This document shows, one piece after another, positions 49,901 to 64,000 of a stretch of DNA of 64,000 nt (position 1 is its first letter; the number at the start of each line of letters is the position of its first letter). The notes under the pieces were generated by a model. The model had not been told where the DNA came from and did not search any database. It worked only from the letters and a program-made list of their open reading frames with translations. The DNA is taken from assembly GCA_964016885.1 (NCBI GenBank), contig OZ024760.1:2418001-2482000 (forward strand), given 5' to 3'. A program made the position numbers and the translations under genes. This DNA is from Eledone cirrhosa. Its lineage: Eukaryota.

Positions 49901-52900
49901 AAATAGTATGGTAGAATATTAAATGTTATATATATATATATAATGGTATTAGAGTGAAATAGTATGGTAGAATATAAAATGTTATATATATATATAATGG
50001 TATTAGAATGAAATAGTATGGTAGAATATTAAATGTTATATATATATAATGGTATTAGAGTGAAATAGTATGGTAGAATATTAAATGTTATATATATATA
50101 TAATGGTATTAGAGTGAAATAGTATGGTAGAATATTAAATGTTATATATATATATAATGGTATTAGAATGAAATAGTATGGTAGAATATAAAATGTTATA
50201 TATATATATAATGGTATTAGAATGAAATAGTATGGTAGAATATTAAATGTTATATATATATATATAATGGTATTAGAATGAAATAGTATAGTAGAATATT
50301 AAATGTTATATATATAATGGTATTAGAATGAAATAGTATGGTAGAATATAAAATGTTATATATATATATAATGGTATTAGAATGAAATAGTATGGTAGAA
50401 TATTAAATGTTATATATATATATATAATGGTATTAGAATGAAATAGTATAGTAGAATATTAAATGTTATATATATAATGGTATTAGAATGAAATAGTATG
50501 GTAGAATATAAAATGTTATATATATATATAATGGTATTAGAATGAAATAGTATGGTAGAATATTAAATGTTATATATATATATATAATGGTATTAGAATG
50601 AAATAGTATAGTAGAATATTAAATGTTATATATATAATGGTATTAGAATGAAATAGTATGGTAGAATATAAAATGTTATATATATATATAATGGTATTAG
50701 AATGAAATAGTATGGTAGAATATTAAATGTTATATATATATATATATAATGGTATTAGAATGAAATAGTATAGTAGAATATTAAATGTTATATATATAAT
50801 GGTATTAGAATGAAATAGTATGGTAGAATATTAAATGTTATATATATATATAATGGTATTAGAATGAAATAGTATGGTAGAATATTAAATGTTATATATA
50901 TAATGGTATTAGAATGAAATAGTATGGTAGAATATTAAATGTTATATATATAATGGTATTAGAATGAAATAGTATGGTAGAATATTAAATGTTATATATA
51001 TATAATGGTATTAGAATGAAATAGTAGGGTAGAATATTAAATGTTATATATATATAATGGTATTAGAATGAAATAGTATGGTAGAATATTAAATGTTATA
51101 TATATATAATGGTATTAGAATGAAATAGTATGGTAGAATATTAAATGTTATATATATATATAATGGTATTAGAATGAAATAGTATGGTAGAATATTAAAT
51201 GTTATATATATATATAATGGTATTAGAATGAAATAGTATAGTAGAATATTAAATGTTATATATATAATGGTATTAGAATGAAATAGTATGGTAGAATATA
51301 AAATGTTATATATATATATAATGGTATTAGAATGAAATAGTATGGTAGAATATTAAATGTTATATATATATATATAATGGTATTAGAATGAAATAGTATA
51401 GTAGAATATTAAATGTTATATATATAATGGTATTAGAATGAAATAGTATGGTAGAATATAAAATGTTATATATATATATAATGGTATTAGAATGAAATAG
51501 TATGGTAGAATATTAAATGTTATATATATATATATATAATGGTATTAGAATGAAATAGTATAGTAGAATATTAAATGTTATATATATAATGGTATTAGAA
51601 TGAAATAGTATGGTAGAATATTAAATGTTATATATATATATAATGGTATTAGAATGAAATAGTATGGTAGAATATAAAATGTTATATATATATATAATGG
51701 TATTAGAATGAAATAGTATGGTAGAATATTAAATGTTATATATATATAATGGTATTAGAATGAAATAGTATGGTAGAATATTAAATGTTATATATATATA
51801 TATAATGGTATTAGAATGAAATAGTATGGTAGAATATTAAATGTTATATATATATATATAATGGTATTAGAATGAAATAGTATAGTAGAATATTAAATGT
51901 TATATATATAATGGTATTAGAATGAAATAGTATGGTAGAATATAAAATGTTATATATATATATAATGGTATTAGAATGAAATAGTATGGTAGAATATTAA
52001 ATGTTATATATATATATATATAATGGTATTAGAATGAAATAGTATAGTAGAATATTAAATGTTATATATATAATGGTATTAGAATGAAATAGTATGGTAG
52101 AATATTAAATGTTATATATATATATAATGGTATTAGAATGAAATAGTATGGTAGAATATTAAATGTTATATATATATATATAATGGTATTAGAATGAAAT
52201 AGTATGGTAGAATATAAAATGTTATATATATATATAATGGTATTAGAATGAAATAGTATGGTAGAATATTAAATGTTATATATATATATATAATGGTATT
52301 AGAGTGAAATAGTATGGTAGAATATAAAATGTTATATATATATATAATGGTATTAGAATGAAATAGTATGGTAGAATATTAAATGTTATATATATATAAT
52401 GGTATTAGAATGAAATAGTATGGTAGAATATAAAATGTTATATATATATATAATGGTATTAGAATGAAATAGTATGGTAGAATATTAAATGTTATATATA
52501 TATAATGGTATTAGAATGAAATAGTATGGTAGAATATAAAATGTTATATATATATATAATGGTATTAGAATGAAATAGTATGGTAGAATATTAAATGTTA
52601 TATATATATATATAATGGTATTAGAATGAAATAGTATGGTAGAATATTAAATGTTATATATATATATATAATGGTATTAGAATGAAATAGTATGGTAGAA
52701 TATAAAATGTTATATATATATATATAATGGTATTAGAATGAAATAGTATGGTAGAATATTAAATGTTATATATATATATAATGGTATTAGAATGAAATAG
52801 TATGGTAGAATATTAAATGTTATATATATGTATATATATAATGGTATTAGAATGAAATAGTATGGTAGAATATTAAATGTTATATATATATATAATGGTA

Positions 52901-55900
52901 TTAGAATGAAATAGTATGGTAGAATATTAAATGTTATATATATATATATAATGGTATTAGAATGAAATAGTATGGTAGAATATTAAATGTTATATATATA
53001 TAATGGTATTAGAATGAAATAGTATGGTAGAATATTAAATGTTATATATATATAATGGTATTAGAATGAAATAGTATGGTAGAATATTAAATGTTATATA
53101 TATATAATGGTATTAGAATGAAATAGTATGGTAGAATATTAAATGTTATATATATAATGGTATTAGAGTGAAATAGTATGGTAGAATATTAAATGTTATA
53201 TATATATACATAATGGTATTAGAATGAAATAGTATGGTAGAATATTAAATGTTATATATATATATAATGGTATTAGAATGAAATAGTATGGTAGAATATT
53301 AAATGTTATATATATATGTATATATATAATGGTATTAGAGTGAAATAGTATGGTAGAATATAAAATGTTATATATATATATAATGGTATTAGAATGAAAT
53401 AGTATGGTAGAATATTAAATGTTATATATATATACATAATGGTATTAGAATGAAATAGTATGGTAGAATATAAAATGTTATATATATATATAATGGTATT
53501 AGAATGAAATAGTATGGTAGAATATTAAATGTTATATATATATATATAATGGTATTAGAGTGAAATAGTATGGTAGAATATAAAATGTTATATATATATA
53601 TAATGGTATTAGAATGAAATAGTATGGTAGAATATTAAATGTTATATATATATACATAATGGTATTAGAATGAAATAGTATGGTAGAATATAAAATGTTA
53701 TATATATATATAATGGTATTAGAATGAAATAGTATGGTAGAATATTAAATGTTATATATATATATATAATGGTATTAGAGTGAAATAGTATGGTAGAATA
53801 TAAAATGTTATATATATATATAATGGTATTAGAATGAAATAGTATGGTAGAATATTAAATGTTATATATATATAATGGTATTAGAGTGAAATAGTATGGT
53901 AGAATATTAAATGTTATATATATATATAATGGTATTAGAGTGAAATAGTATGGTAGAATATTAAATGTTATATATATATATAATGGTATTAGAATGAAAT
54001 AGTATGGTAGAATATAAAATGTTATATATATATATAATGGTATTAGAATGAAATAGTATGGTAGAATATTAAATGTTATATATATATATATAATGGTATT
54101 AGAATGAAATAGTATAGTAGAATATTAAATGTTATATATATAATGGTATTAGAATGAAATAGTATGGTAGAATATAAAATGTTATATATATATATAATGG
54201 TATTAGAATGAAATAGTATGGTAGAATATTAAATGTTATATATATATATATAATGGTATTAGAATGAAATAGTATAGTAGAATATTAAATGTTATATATA
54301 TAATGGTATTAGAATGAAATAGTATGGTAGAATATAAAATGTTATATATATATATAATGGTATTAGAATGAAATAGTATGGTAGAATATTAAATGTTATA
54401 TATATATATATAATGGTATTAGAATGAAATAGTATAGTAGAATATTAAATGTTATATATATAATGGTATTAGAATGAAATAGTATGGTAGAATATAAAAT
54501 GTTATATATATATATAATGGTATTAGAATGAAATAGTATGGTAGAATATTAAATGTTATATATATATATATATAATGGTATTAGAATGAAATAGTATAGT
54601 AGAATATTAAATGTTATATATATAATGGTATTAGAATGAAATAGTATGGTAGAATATTAAATGTTATATATATATATAATGGTATTAGAATGAAATAGTA
54701 TGGTAGAATATTAAATGTTATATATATATATATAATGGTATTAGAATGAAATAGTATGGTAGAATATAAAATGTTATATATATATATAATGGTATTAGAA
54801 TGAAATAGTATGGTAGAATATTAAATGTTATATATATATATATAATGGTATTAGAGTGAAATAGTATGGTAGAATATAAAATGTTATATATATATATAAT
54901 GGTATTAGAATGAAATAGTATGGTAGAATATTAAATGTTATATATATATAATGGTATTAGAATGAAATAGTATGGTAGAATATAAAATGTTATATATATA
55001 TATAATGGTATTAGAATGAAATAGTATGGTAGAATATTAAATGTTATATATATATATATATAATGGTATTAGAATGAAATAGTATGGTAGAATATTAAAT
55101 GTTATATATATATACATAATGGTATTAGAATGAAATAGTATGGTAGAATATTAAATGTTATATATATATAATGGTATTAGAATGAAATAGTATGCTAGAA
55201 TATTAAATGTTATATATATATATAATGGTATTAGAATGAAATAGTATGGTAGAATATTAAATGTTATATATATATATATAATGGTATTAGAGTGAAATAG
55301 TATGGTAGAATATTAAATGTTATATATATATATATAATGGTATTAGAGTGAAATAGTATGGTAGAATATAAAATGTTATATATATATATAATGGTATTAG
55401 AATGAAATAGTATGGTAGAATATTAAATGTTATATATATATATAATGGTATTAGAATGAAATAGTATGGTAGAATATTAAATGTTATATATATATACATA
55501 ATGGTATTAGAATGAAATAGTATGGTAGAATATTAAATGTTATATATATATAATGGTATTAGAATGAAATAGTATGGTAGAATATTAAATGTTATATATA
55601 TATATAATGGTATTAGAATGAAATAGTATGGTAGAATATTAAATGTTATATATATATGTATATATATAATGGTATTAGAATGAAATAGTATGGTAGAATA
55701 TTAAATGTTATATATATATATAATGGTATTAGAATGAAATAGTATGGTAGAATATTAAATGTTATATATATATATATATAATGGTATTAGAATGAAATAG
55801 TATAGTAGAATATTAAATGTTATATATATATAATGGTATTAGAGTGAAATAGTATGGTAGAATATAAAATGTTATATATATATATAATGGTATTAGAATG

Positions 55901-57075
55901 AAATAGTATGGTAGAATATTAAATGTTATATATATATATATATAATGGTATTAGAATGAAATAGTATGGTAGAATATTAAATGTTATATATATATAATGG
56001 TATTAGAATGAAATAGTATGGTAGAATATTAAATGTTATATATATATATAATGGTATTAGAATGAAATAGTATGGTAGAATATTAAATGTTATATATATA
56101 TATAATGGTATTAGAATGAAATAGTATGGTAGAATATTAAATGTTATATATATATATAATGGTATTAGAATGAAATAGTATGGTAGAATATTAAATGTTA
56201 TATATATATATAATGGTATTAGAATGAAATAGTATGGTAGAATATTAAATGTTATATATATATATATAATGGTATTAGAGTGAAATAGTATGGTAGAATA
56301 TAAAATGTTATATATATATATAATGGTATTAGAATGAAATAGTATGGTAGAATATTAAATGTTATATATATATAATGGTATTAGAATGAAATAGTATGGT
56401 AGAATATAAAATGTTATATATATATATAATGGTATTAGAATGAAATAGTATGGTAGAATATTAAATGTTATATATATATAATGGTATTAGAATGAAATAG
56501 TATGGTAGAATATTAAATGTTATATATATATATAATGGTATTAGAATGAAATAGTATGGTAGAATATTAAATGTTATATATATATACATAATGGTATTAG
56601 AATGAAATAGTATGGTAGAATATTAAATGTTATATATATAATGGTATTAGAATGAAATAGTATGGTAGAATATTAAATGTTATATATATATATATATAAT
56701 GGTATTAGAATGAAATAGTATAGTAGAATATTAAATGTTATATATATATATATATAATGGTATTAGAATGAAATAGTATAGTAGAATATTAAATGTTATA
56801 TATATAATGGTATTAGAATGAAATAGTATGGTAGAATATTAAATGTTATATATATATATATAATGGTATTAGAGTGAAATAGTATGGTAGAATATTAAAT
56901 GTTATATATATAATGGTATTAGAATGAAATAGTATGGTAGAATATTAAATGTTATATATATATATATATAATGGTATTAGAATGAAATAGAATGGTAGAA
57001 TATTAAATGTTATATATATATATAATGGTATTAGAATGAAATAGTATGGTAGAATATTAAATGTTATATATAATG
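46912..57075. repeat. ~10.1-kb satellite, ~50-62-bp unit with variable (TA)n, roughly 185 copies
   Basis: Unit taatggtattagaatgaaatagtatggtagaatattaaatgt(ta)n. Confidence 0.98.
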
Positions 57076-57379
57076 GGGTAGAGAGAGGTAGTAGTTTAGC
57101 ATGCTTGGTATTTCACCTGTGAAGGAGTGAAGGAGTGAAGAAGGAATGAATGAAGGAAGGAGTGAAAAAGTGAAGGTGTGAAAGAGTGAAAAAGTGAATG
57201 AATGAAGGAAGCAATGAAGGAGTGAAGGAGTGAAAAAGTGAATGAAGGAAGCAGTGAAGGAGTGAAGGAGTAAAGGAGTGAAGGAGTAAAGGAATGAGGA
57301 CAGAAAGAGACCTGACTATGTAAATAGATTACCATAAAATGTGAGAAGCACAAATTTGGTGTATATGATCCCCTGAACA

Positions 57380-59625
57380 CTGTGGTGGTGGTGTGGTGGT
57401 GGTGGTGTGGTGGTGGTGGTGTGGTGGTGGTGTGGTGGTGGTGTGGTGGTGGTGTGGTGGTGGTGTGGTGGTGGTGGTGTGGTGGTGGTGGTGTGGTGGT
57501 GGTGTGGTGGTGTGGTGGTGTGGTGGTGGTGGTGTGGTGGTGTGGTGGTGTGGTGGTGGTGGTGTTGTTATTGGTGATGGTGGTGGTGTTGTGGAAGTGG
57601 TGTTGTGTTGGTGGTGTTATTGGTGGTGGGGATTGTATTTTTTATGTTGATGTTGTTGTTGCTGGTGTTTTGGAGGTGATGTTGTTGGTGTTGTAGTTGT
57701 TGGTGGTGGTGTTGTTGTTATGGTTGTGGTGGTGTTGTTGGTGGTGGGGATAGTATTTTTTGTGATGTTGTTGTTGTTGGTGGTGGTGGTGGTGGTGTTG
57801 TGGAGGTGGTATTGTTGGTGGTGGTGGTGGTGGTGTTGTGGAGGTAGTAATGTTGGTGGTGGTGGTGGTGATGTTGTGGAGGTGGTATTGTTGACGGTGT
57901 TGGTGGTGTTGTGGAGGTGGTATTGTTGGTGGTGGTGGTGTTGTGGAGGTGGTATTGTTGGTGGTGGTGGTGGTGGTGATGTTGTGGAGGTGGTATTGTT
58001 GGTGGTGTTGGTGGTGTTGTGGAGGTGGTATTGTTGGTGGTGGTGGTGGTGTTGTGGAGGTGGTATTGTTGGTGGTGGTGTTGTGGAGGTGGTGGTGGTG
58101 GTGGTGGTGATGTTGTGGAGGTGGTATTGTTGGTGGTGTTGGTGGTATTGTGGAGGTGGTATTGTTGGTGGTGGTGGTGTTGTGGAGGTGGTATTGTTGG
58201 TGGTGGTGGTGGTGGTGTTGTTGGTGGTGGTGGTGTTGTGGAGGTGGTTTTGTTGGTGGTGGTGGTGTGGAATAGGGTTGTAGTGGTGTTGGTGTAGTGG
58301 AGGTGGTGGCATTGTTGTTGTTATTGTTGTTGGTGGTATTAGTGGTGGTGGTGGTGGTGATGGTGGTGGTGGTGGGGTATGGGGTTCTTAGGTCAGCTGG
58401 TCTCTCTTAGCCGTTTGTTGTGTAGTGGTACTACTACCACCACTACTACCCCCACCACCACTAACACCACCACCACAACCATGACCACCACTATCATGAA
58501 TACCACTACTACTAATATTACTTCTACTACTACTACTACTACTACTACTACTAAGCCAACAGTGACCCCACCATCACCACAAACATGACAACTACTATTA
58601 CTACTACTATGACTACAACTACCATAAACATTACAATTACAACTACTACTACAATTACTACTACTACTATTATTACGACCACCTCTAACATGAGTACCAC
58701 CACCACTACTACAACTACTACAACCAGCACTGCTACCACAACCACTACTATCACTACCACCACCACCACTGCAACTACTACTACAACTAATATACTACTA
58801 CGGCCACCACTATCACCACCACCACTGCAACTACTACTTCGACCACCACTACCACAACTACTACTATTACAACCACCACTACCATCACCACCATCACTAC
58901 CACCACTATCACCACCACCACCACAACTACTACAACCAGCACCACTACCATCACCACCACTATCACTACCCCGACCACCACTGCAACTACTACTACAACT
59001 AATATACTACTACGACCACCATTACTACCACTACTACAATTAATATACTACTACCACCACTACCACCATCATCACCACCACTATAACTACTACTGCAACA
59101 ACTAATATACTACAACCACAACCACCACTACCACCACCATCTCCACCACTGCAACTACTACCACAACTAATATACTACGACCACTGCTACCATCACAACC
59201 ACCACTACAACTATGACCACCACTACCATCACTACCACCACCACCACCACTACAGCTACCATCACCACCACTATAACTACTACTACCATCACCACCTTTA
59301 CAACTACTACTACAGCCACCATCACCACCACAACTACAACCACCACTACCATCCTCACCTTTACAACTACTACTACAGCCACCATCACCACCACAACTAC
59401 AACTACAACCACCACTACCATCACCACCATCACCACCACTACTACAACCACCATCACTACCACCACCATCACCATCACCCCCACTATAACTACTACTACA
59501 ACCACCACCACTACCATCACCACCATTACAACTACTACAACTACGACAACTATTGACAGTTGGAAATACTCCCCCCGCCACCCACCACCACCACCACCGC
59601 CACCACCGCCACCACCACCACGCCA
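57380..59625. repeat. (GGT)n tract followed by (ACC/ACT)n tract
   Basis: Direct inspection. Confidence 0.95.
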
Positions 59626-60074
59626 CCCTTTCATATAGTCACAACAAAGTGATATAGAGCAGGTGCTTGCTGTTGTTTAGCCCTTGGTCAGCCTCAGCCC
59701 TGATCAAAGGCGCTCCAGCCATGACCACACCCTGAGGTGTGGCTTTGGCACTATTTCAAATAGGTCTTTCAATGTTGCTATGTCAGGCCAGTGGAGTGTG
59801 ATGATATGCATTGGCAAAGAAAACTGGCTGCTATTTCTAGCAGATTGAACGACCATGTCAGGGTTTCTTATTCTTTGATGAAGGCGACGACGGCGGTGGA
59901 ATATTATGGTGCAGTCAGCTGACATTCCAGTTTCATTCATGTTCACACAACCCCCCCCCACCTCGCACCCGCACCTCTCCAGCTCCACCTTGCCTGCAAC
60001 GCCCCACCCCTTCTCTCCTCCCCTACCATGTGATTAGGTCAGGTGTCATGTCTATATAGTGTCCACCAAATGTA

Positions 60075-60165
60075 TGTATAATATATACTATGTATATATA
60101 TATAATATATATAATGTATATATATATAATATGTATATATATATATAATATAATATATATATATT

Positions 60166-60245
<80 letters not shown>

Positions 60246-61095
60246 TATATATTCCAAGGGCGGTGCCCCAGCATGGCCTCAGCCGGATGGCTGAAACAGG
60301 TAAAAGAGTAAAAGAGTATATATAATATAATATATATATATAATATAATATATATATACATTATATATATAATATAATATATATATATATATATATAATA
60401 TAATATATTTATATATATATATATAATATATATATATAATATATATATATATATAATATGTATATATATATATAATATAATATATAATATAATATATATA
60501 TATAATATATTTATATATATATATATATATAATATATATATAATATATATATAATATATAATATATATATAATATATATATATATATAATATATAATATA
60601 ATATATATATATAATATATATATTTTATATTATATATTATATATATATATATAATATATATATATATAATATATATAATATAATATAATATAATATAATA
60701 TAATATATATATATAATATATATATATATAATATGTATATATATATAATATATATATAATATATATATATATATAATATATATATAATATATATATATAT
60801 ATAATATATATATAATATATATATATATATAATATATATATAATATATATAATATAATATAATATAATATATATATATATAATATATATATAATATATAT
60901 AATATAATATAATATATATATATATAATATATATAATATATATATAATATATATAATATATATATAATATATATATAATATATATAATATATATAATATA
61001 TATAATAATTATTATATATATATAATATATATAATAATGGAAAAAATGAAATTTCATTTCTCACTCTTAGTATAATAATATATATATAATATATA
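60075..61095. repeat. Degenerate (TA)n tract with small inserts
   Basis: Direct inspection. Confidence 0.95.
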
Positions 61096-61338
61096 ATTGT
61101 TTCTACGTTTGGCACAAGGCCAGCAATCACCCCAGTGTATTACTGGTACTTTATTTTATCAACCCCGTAAGGATGAAAGGCAAAGTTAACCACGGCGGGA
61201 TTTGAACTCAGACCATAAAGGGCCGTAACTCTTTGCTGCAAAGCATGGCGTCCGACCCTCTACCGATACTGCCAATCCATATAACATATATATATGTGGG
61301 GGTGGTTGTATAAATATATATATATATATGTATATATG

Positions 61339-61411
<73 letters not shown>

Positions 61412-61422
61412 GTGGGGGTGGT

Positions 61423-61462
<40 letters not shown>

Positions 61463-61483
61463 ACATATATATATATGTATATA

Positions 61484-61560
<77 letters not shown>

Positions 61561-61629
61561 GTAACATATATATGTATATGTATTTTGAGTTGGACTCAAG
61601 CATATACAAACACATAAATACACACACGT

Positions 61630-63847
61630 GTGTGTGTATTTATGTGTTTGTATATGTGTATGTGTGTATTTATGTGTTTGTATATATATGTATATGTGTG
61701 TGTGTGTATTTATGTGTTTGTATATATATGTATATGTGTGTGTGTGTGTATTTATGTGTTTGTATATATATGTATATGTGTGTGTGTGTATTTATGTGTT
61801 TGTATATATATGTATATGTGTGTGTGTGTATTTATGTGTTTGTATATATATGTATATGTGTGTGTGTGTATTTATGTGTTTGTATATATATGTATATGTG
61901 TGTGTGTGTATTTATGTGTTTGTATATATATGTATATGTGTGTGTGTGTATTTATGTGTTTGTATATATATGTATATGTGTGTGTGTGTATTTATGTGTT
62001 TGTATATATATGTATATGTGTGTGTGTATATTTATGTTTGTATATATATGTATATGTGTTTGTGTGTATTTATGTGTTTGTATATATATGTATATGTGTG
62101 TGTGTATATTTATGTGTTTGTATATATATGTATATGTGTGTGTGTATATTTATGTGTTTGTATATATATGTATATGTGTGTGTGTGTATTTATGTGTTTG
62201 TATATATATATGTATATGTGTGTGTGTGTATTTATGTGTTTGTATATATATGTATATGTGTGTGTGTATATTTATGTGTTTGTATATATATGTATATGTG
62301 TGTGTGTATATTTATGTGTTTGTATATATATGTATATGTGTGTGTGTATATTTATGTGTTTGTATATATATGTATATGTGTGTGTGTGTATTTATGTGTT
62401 TGTATATATATGTATATGTGTGTGTGTGTATTTATGTGTTTGTATATATATGTATATGTGTGTGTATTTATGTGTTTGTATATATATGTATATGTGTGTG
62501 TATTTATGTGTTTGTATATATATGTATATGTGTGTGTGTGTATTTGTGTTTGTATATATATGTATATGTGTGTGTGTGTATTTATGTGTTTGTATATATA
62601 TGTGTGTGTGTGTGTATTTATGTGTTTGTATATATATGTATATGTGTGTGTGTATATTTATGTGTTTGTATATATATGTATATGTGTGTGTGTGTATATT
62701 TATGTGTTTGTATATATATGTATATGTGTGTGTGTGTATTTATGTGTTTGTATATATATGTGTGTGTGTGTGTATTTATGTGTTTGTATATATATGTATA
62801 TGTGTGTGTGTGTGTATTTATGTGTTTGTATATATATGTATATGTGTGTGTGTGTATTTATGTGTTTGTATATATATGTATATGTGTGTGTGTGTGTATT
62901 TATGTGTTTGTATATATATGTGTGTGTATTTATGTGTTTGTATATATATGTATGTGTGTGTGTGTGTGTATTTATGTGTTTGTATATATATGTGTGTGTG
63001 TGTGTATTTATGTGTTTGTATATATATGTATATGTGTGTGTGTGTATTTATGTGTTTGTATATATATATATATATGTGTGTGTGTGTATTTATGTGTTTG
63101 TATATATATGTATATGTGTGTGTGTGTATTTATGTGTTTGTATATATATGTATATGTGTGTGTGTATATTTATGTGTTTGTATATATATGTATATGTGTG
63201 TGTGTATATTTATGTGTTTGTATATATATGTATATGTGTGTGTGTGTATTTATGTGTTTGTATATATATGTATATGTGTGTGTGTGTATTTATGTGTTTG
63301 TATATATATGTATATGTGTGTGTGCGTATTTATGTGTTTGTATATATATGTATATGTGTGTGTGTATATTTATGTGTTTGTATATATATGTATATGTGTG
63401 TGTGTATATTTATGTGTTTGTATATATATGTATATGTGTGTGTGTGTATTTATGTGTTTGTATATATATGTGTGTGTGTGTGTGTATTTATGTGTTTGTA
63501 TATATATGTATATGTGTGTGTGCGTATTTATGTGTTTGTATATATATATGTATATGTGTGTGTGTGTATTTATGTGTTTGTATATATATGTATATGTGTG
63601 TGTGTGTATTTATGTGTTTGTATATATATGTATATGTGTGTGTGTATATTTATGTGTTTGTATATATATGTATATGTGTGTGTGTATATTTATGTGTTTG
63701 TATATATATGTATATGTGTGTGTGTGTATTTATGTGTTTGTATATATATGTATATGTGTGTGTGTGTATTTATGTGTTTGTATATATATGTATATGTGTG
63801 TGTGTGTATTTATGTGTTTGTATATATATGTATATGTGTGTGTGTGT
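61630..63847. repeat. ~40-bp TA/TG compound satellite, ~55 copies
   Basis: Unit tatttatgtgtttgtatatatatgtatatgtgtgtgtgtg. Confidence 0.95.
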
Positions 63848-64000
63848 AAATTTACATGTATGGATATCAGCAGTCCAACCCATGCCAGCATGGAAAGGAG
63901 GTATAAAATGATGATAATGATGATGATGATGGTATGGTGGTGGTGGTGGTGGTGTGGTGATAGTAGTAATGATGATGGTGGTGGTGGTGGTGGTGGTGGT

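Noticed and set aside
46912-57075. CRISPR-like repeat/spacer appearance
   Set aside because: The spacers are only (TA)n length variants; eukaryotic context and no cas genes.
61356-63911. 851-aa and 739-aa ORFs
   Set aside because: Translation of a stop-free TA/TG satellite; no protein signal.

Overview
Eukaryotic, AT-rich, repeat-saturated DNA. It is most likely an octopus (coleoid cephalopod) genome, inferred from the octopus-style tandem C2H2 fingers ([16 protein letters not shown]), the SINE families and the microsatellite load. No intact host gene is evident. Coding content is a decaying C2H2 zinc-finger array (~470-1272, minus), a 5'-truncated RTE-clade LINE with a long RT ORF (~23.7-26.4 kb, minus) and LINE fragments. 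The rest is tRNA-derived SINEs, TTAA-flanked MITEs, satellites (including a ~10 kb array) and simple repeats. The most notable hidden layer is about ten sequence families of short inserts, most of them in (TA)n tracts. They carry type I hammerhead ribozyme (HHR) motifs with palindromic stem III, and many have an inverted-repeat-plus-tail layout typical of Penelope-like element (PLE) ends. They include a 523-nt single-HHR unit in partial tandem and head-to-head arrangement (retrozyme-like) and a family with a compensatory U3-A8 core. All folds and translations were done by eye; ribozyme activity and family names are untested.
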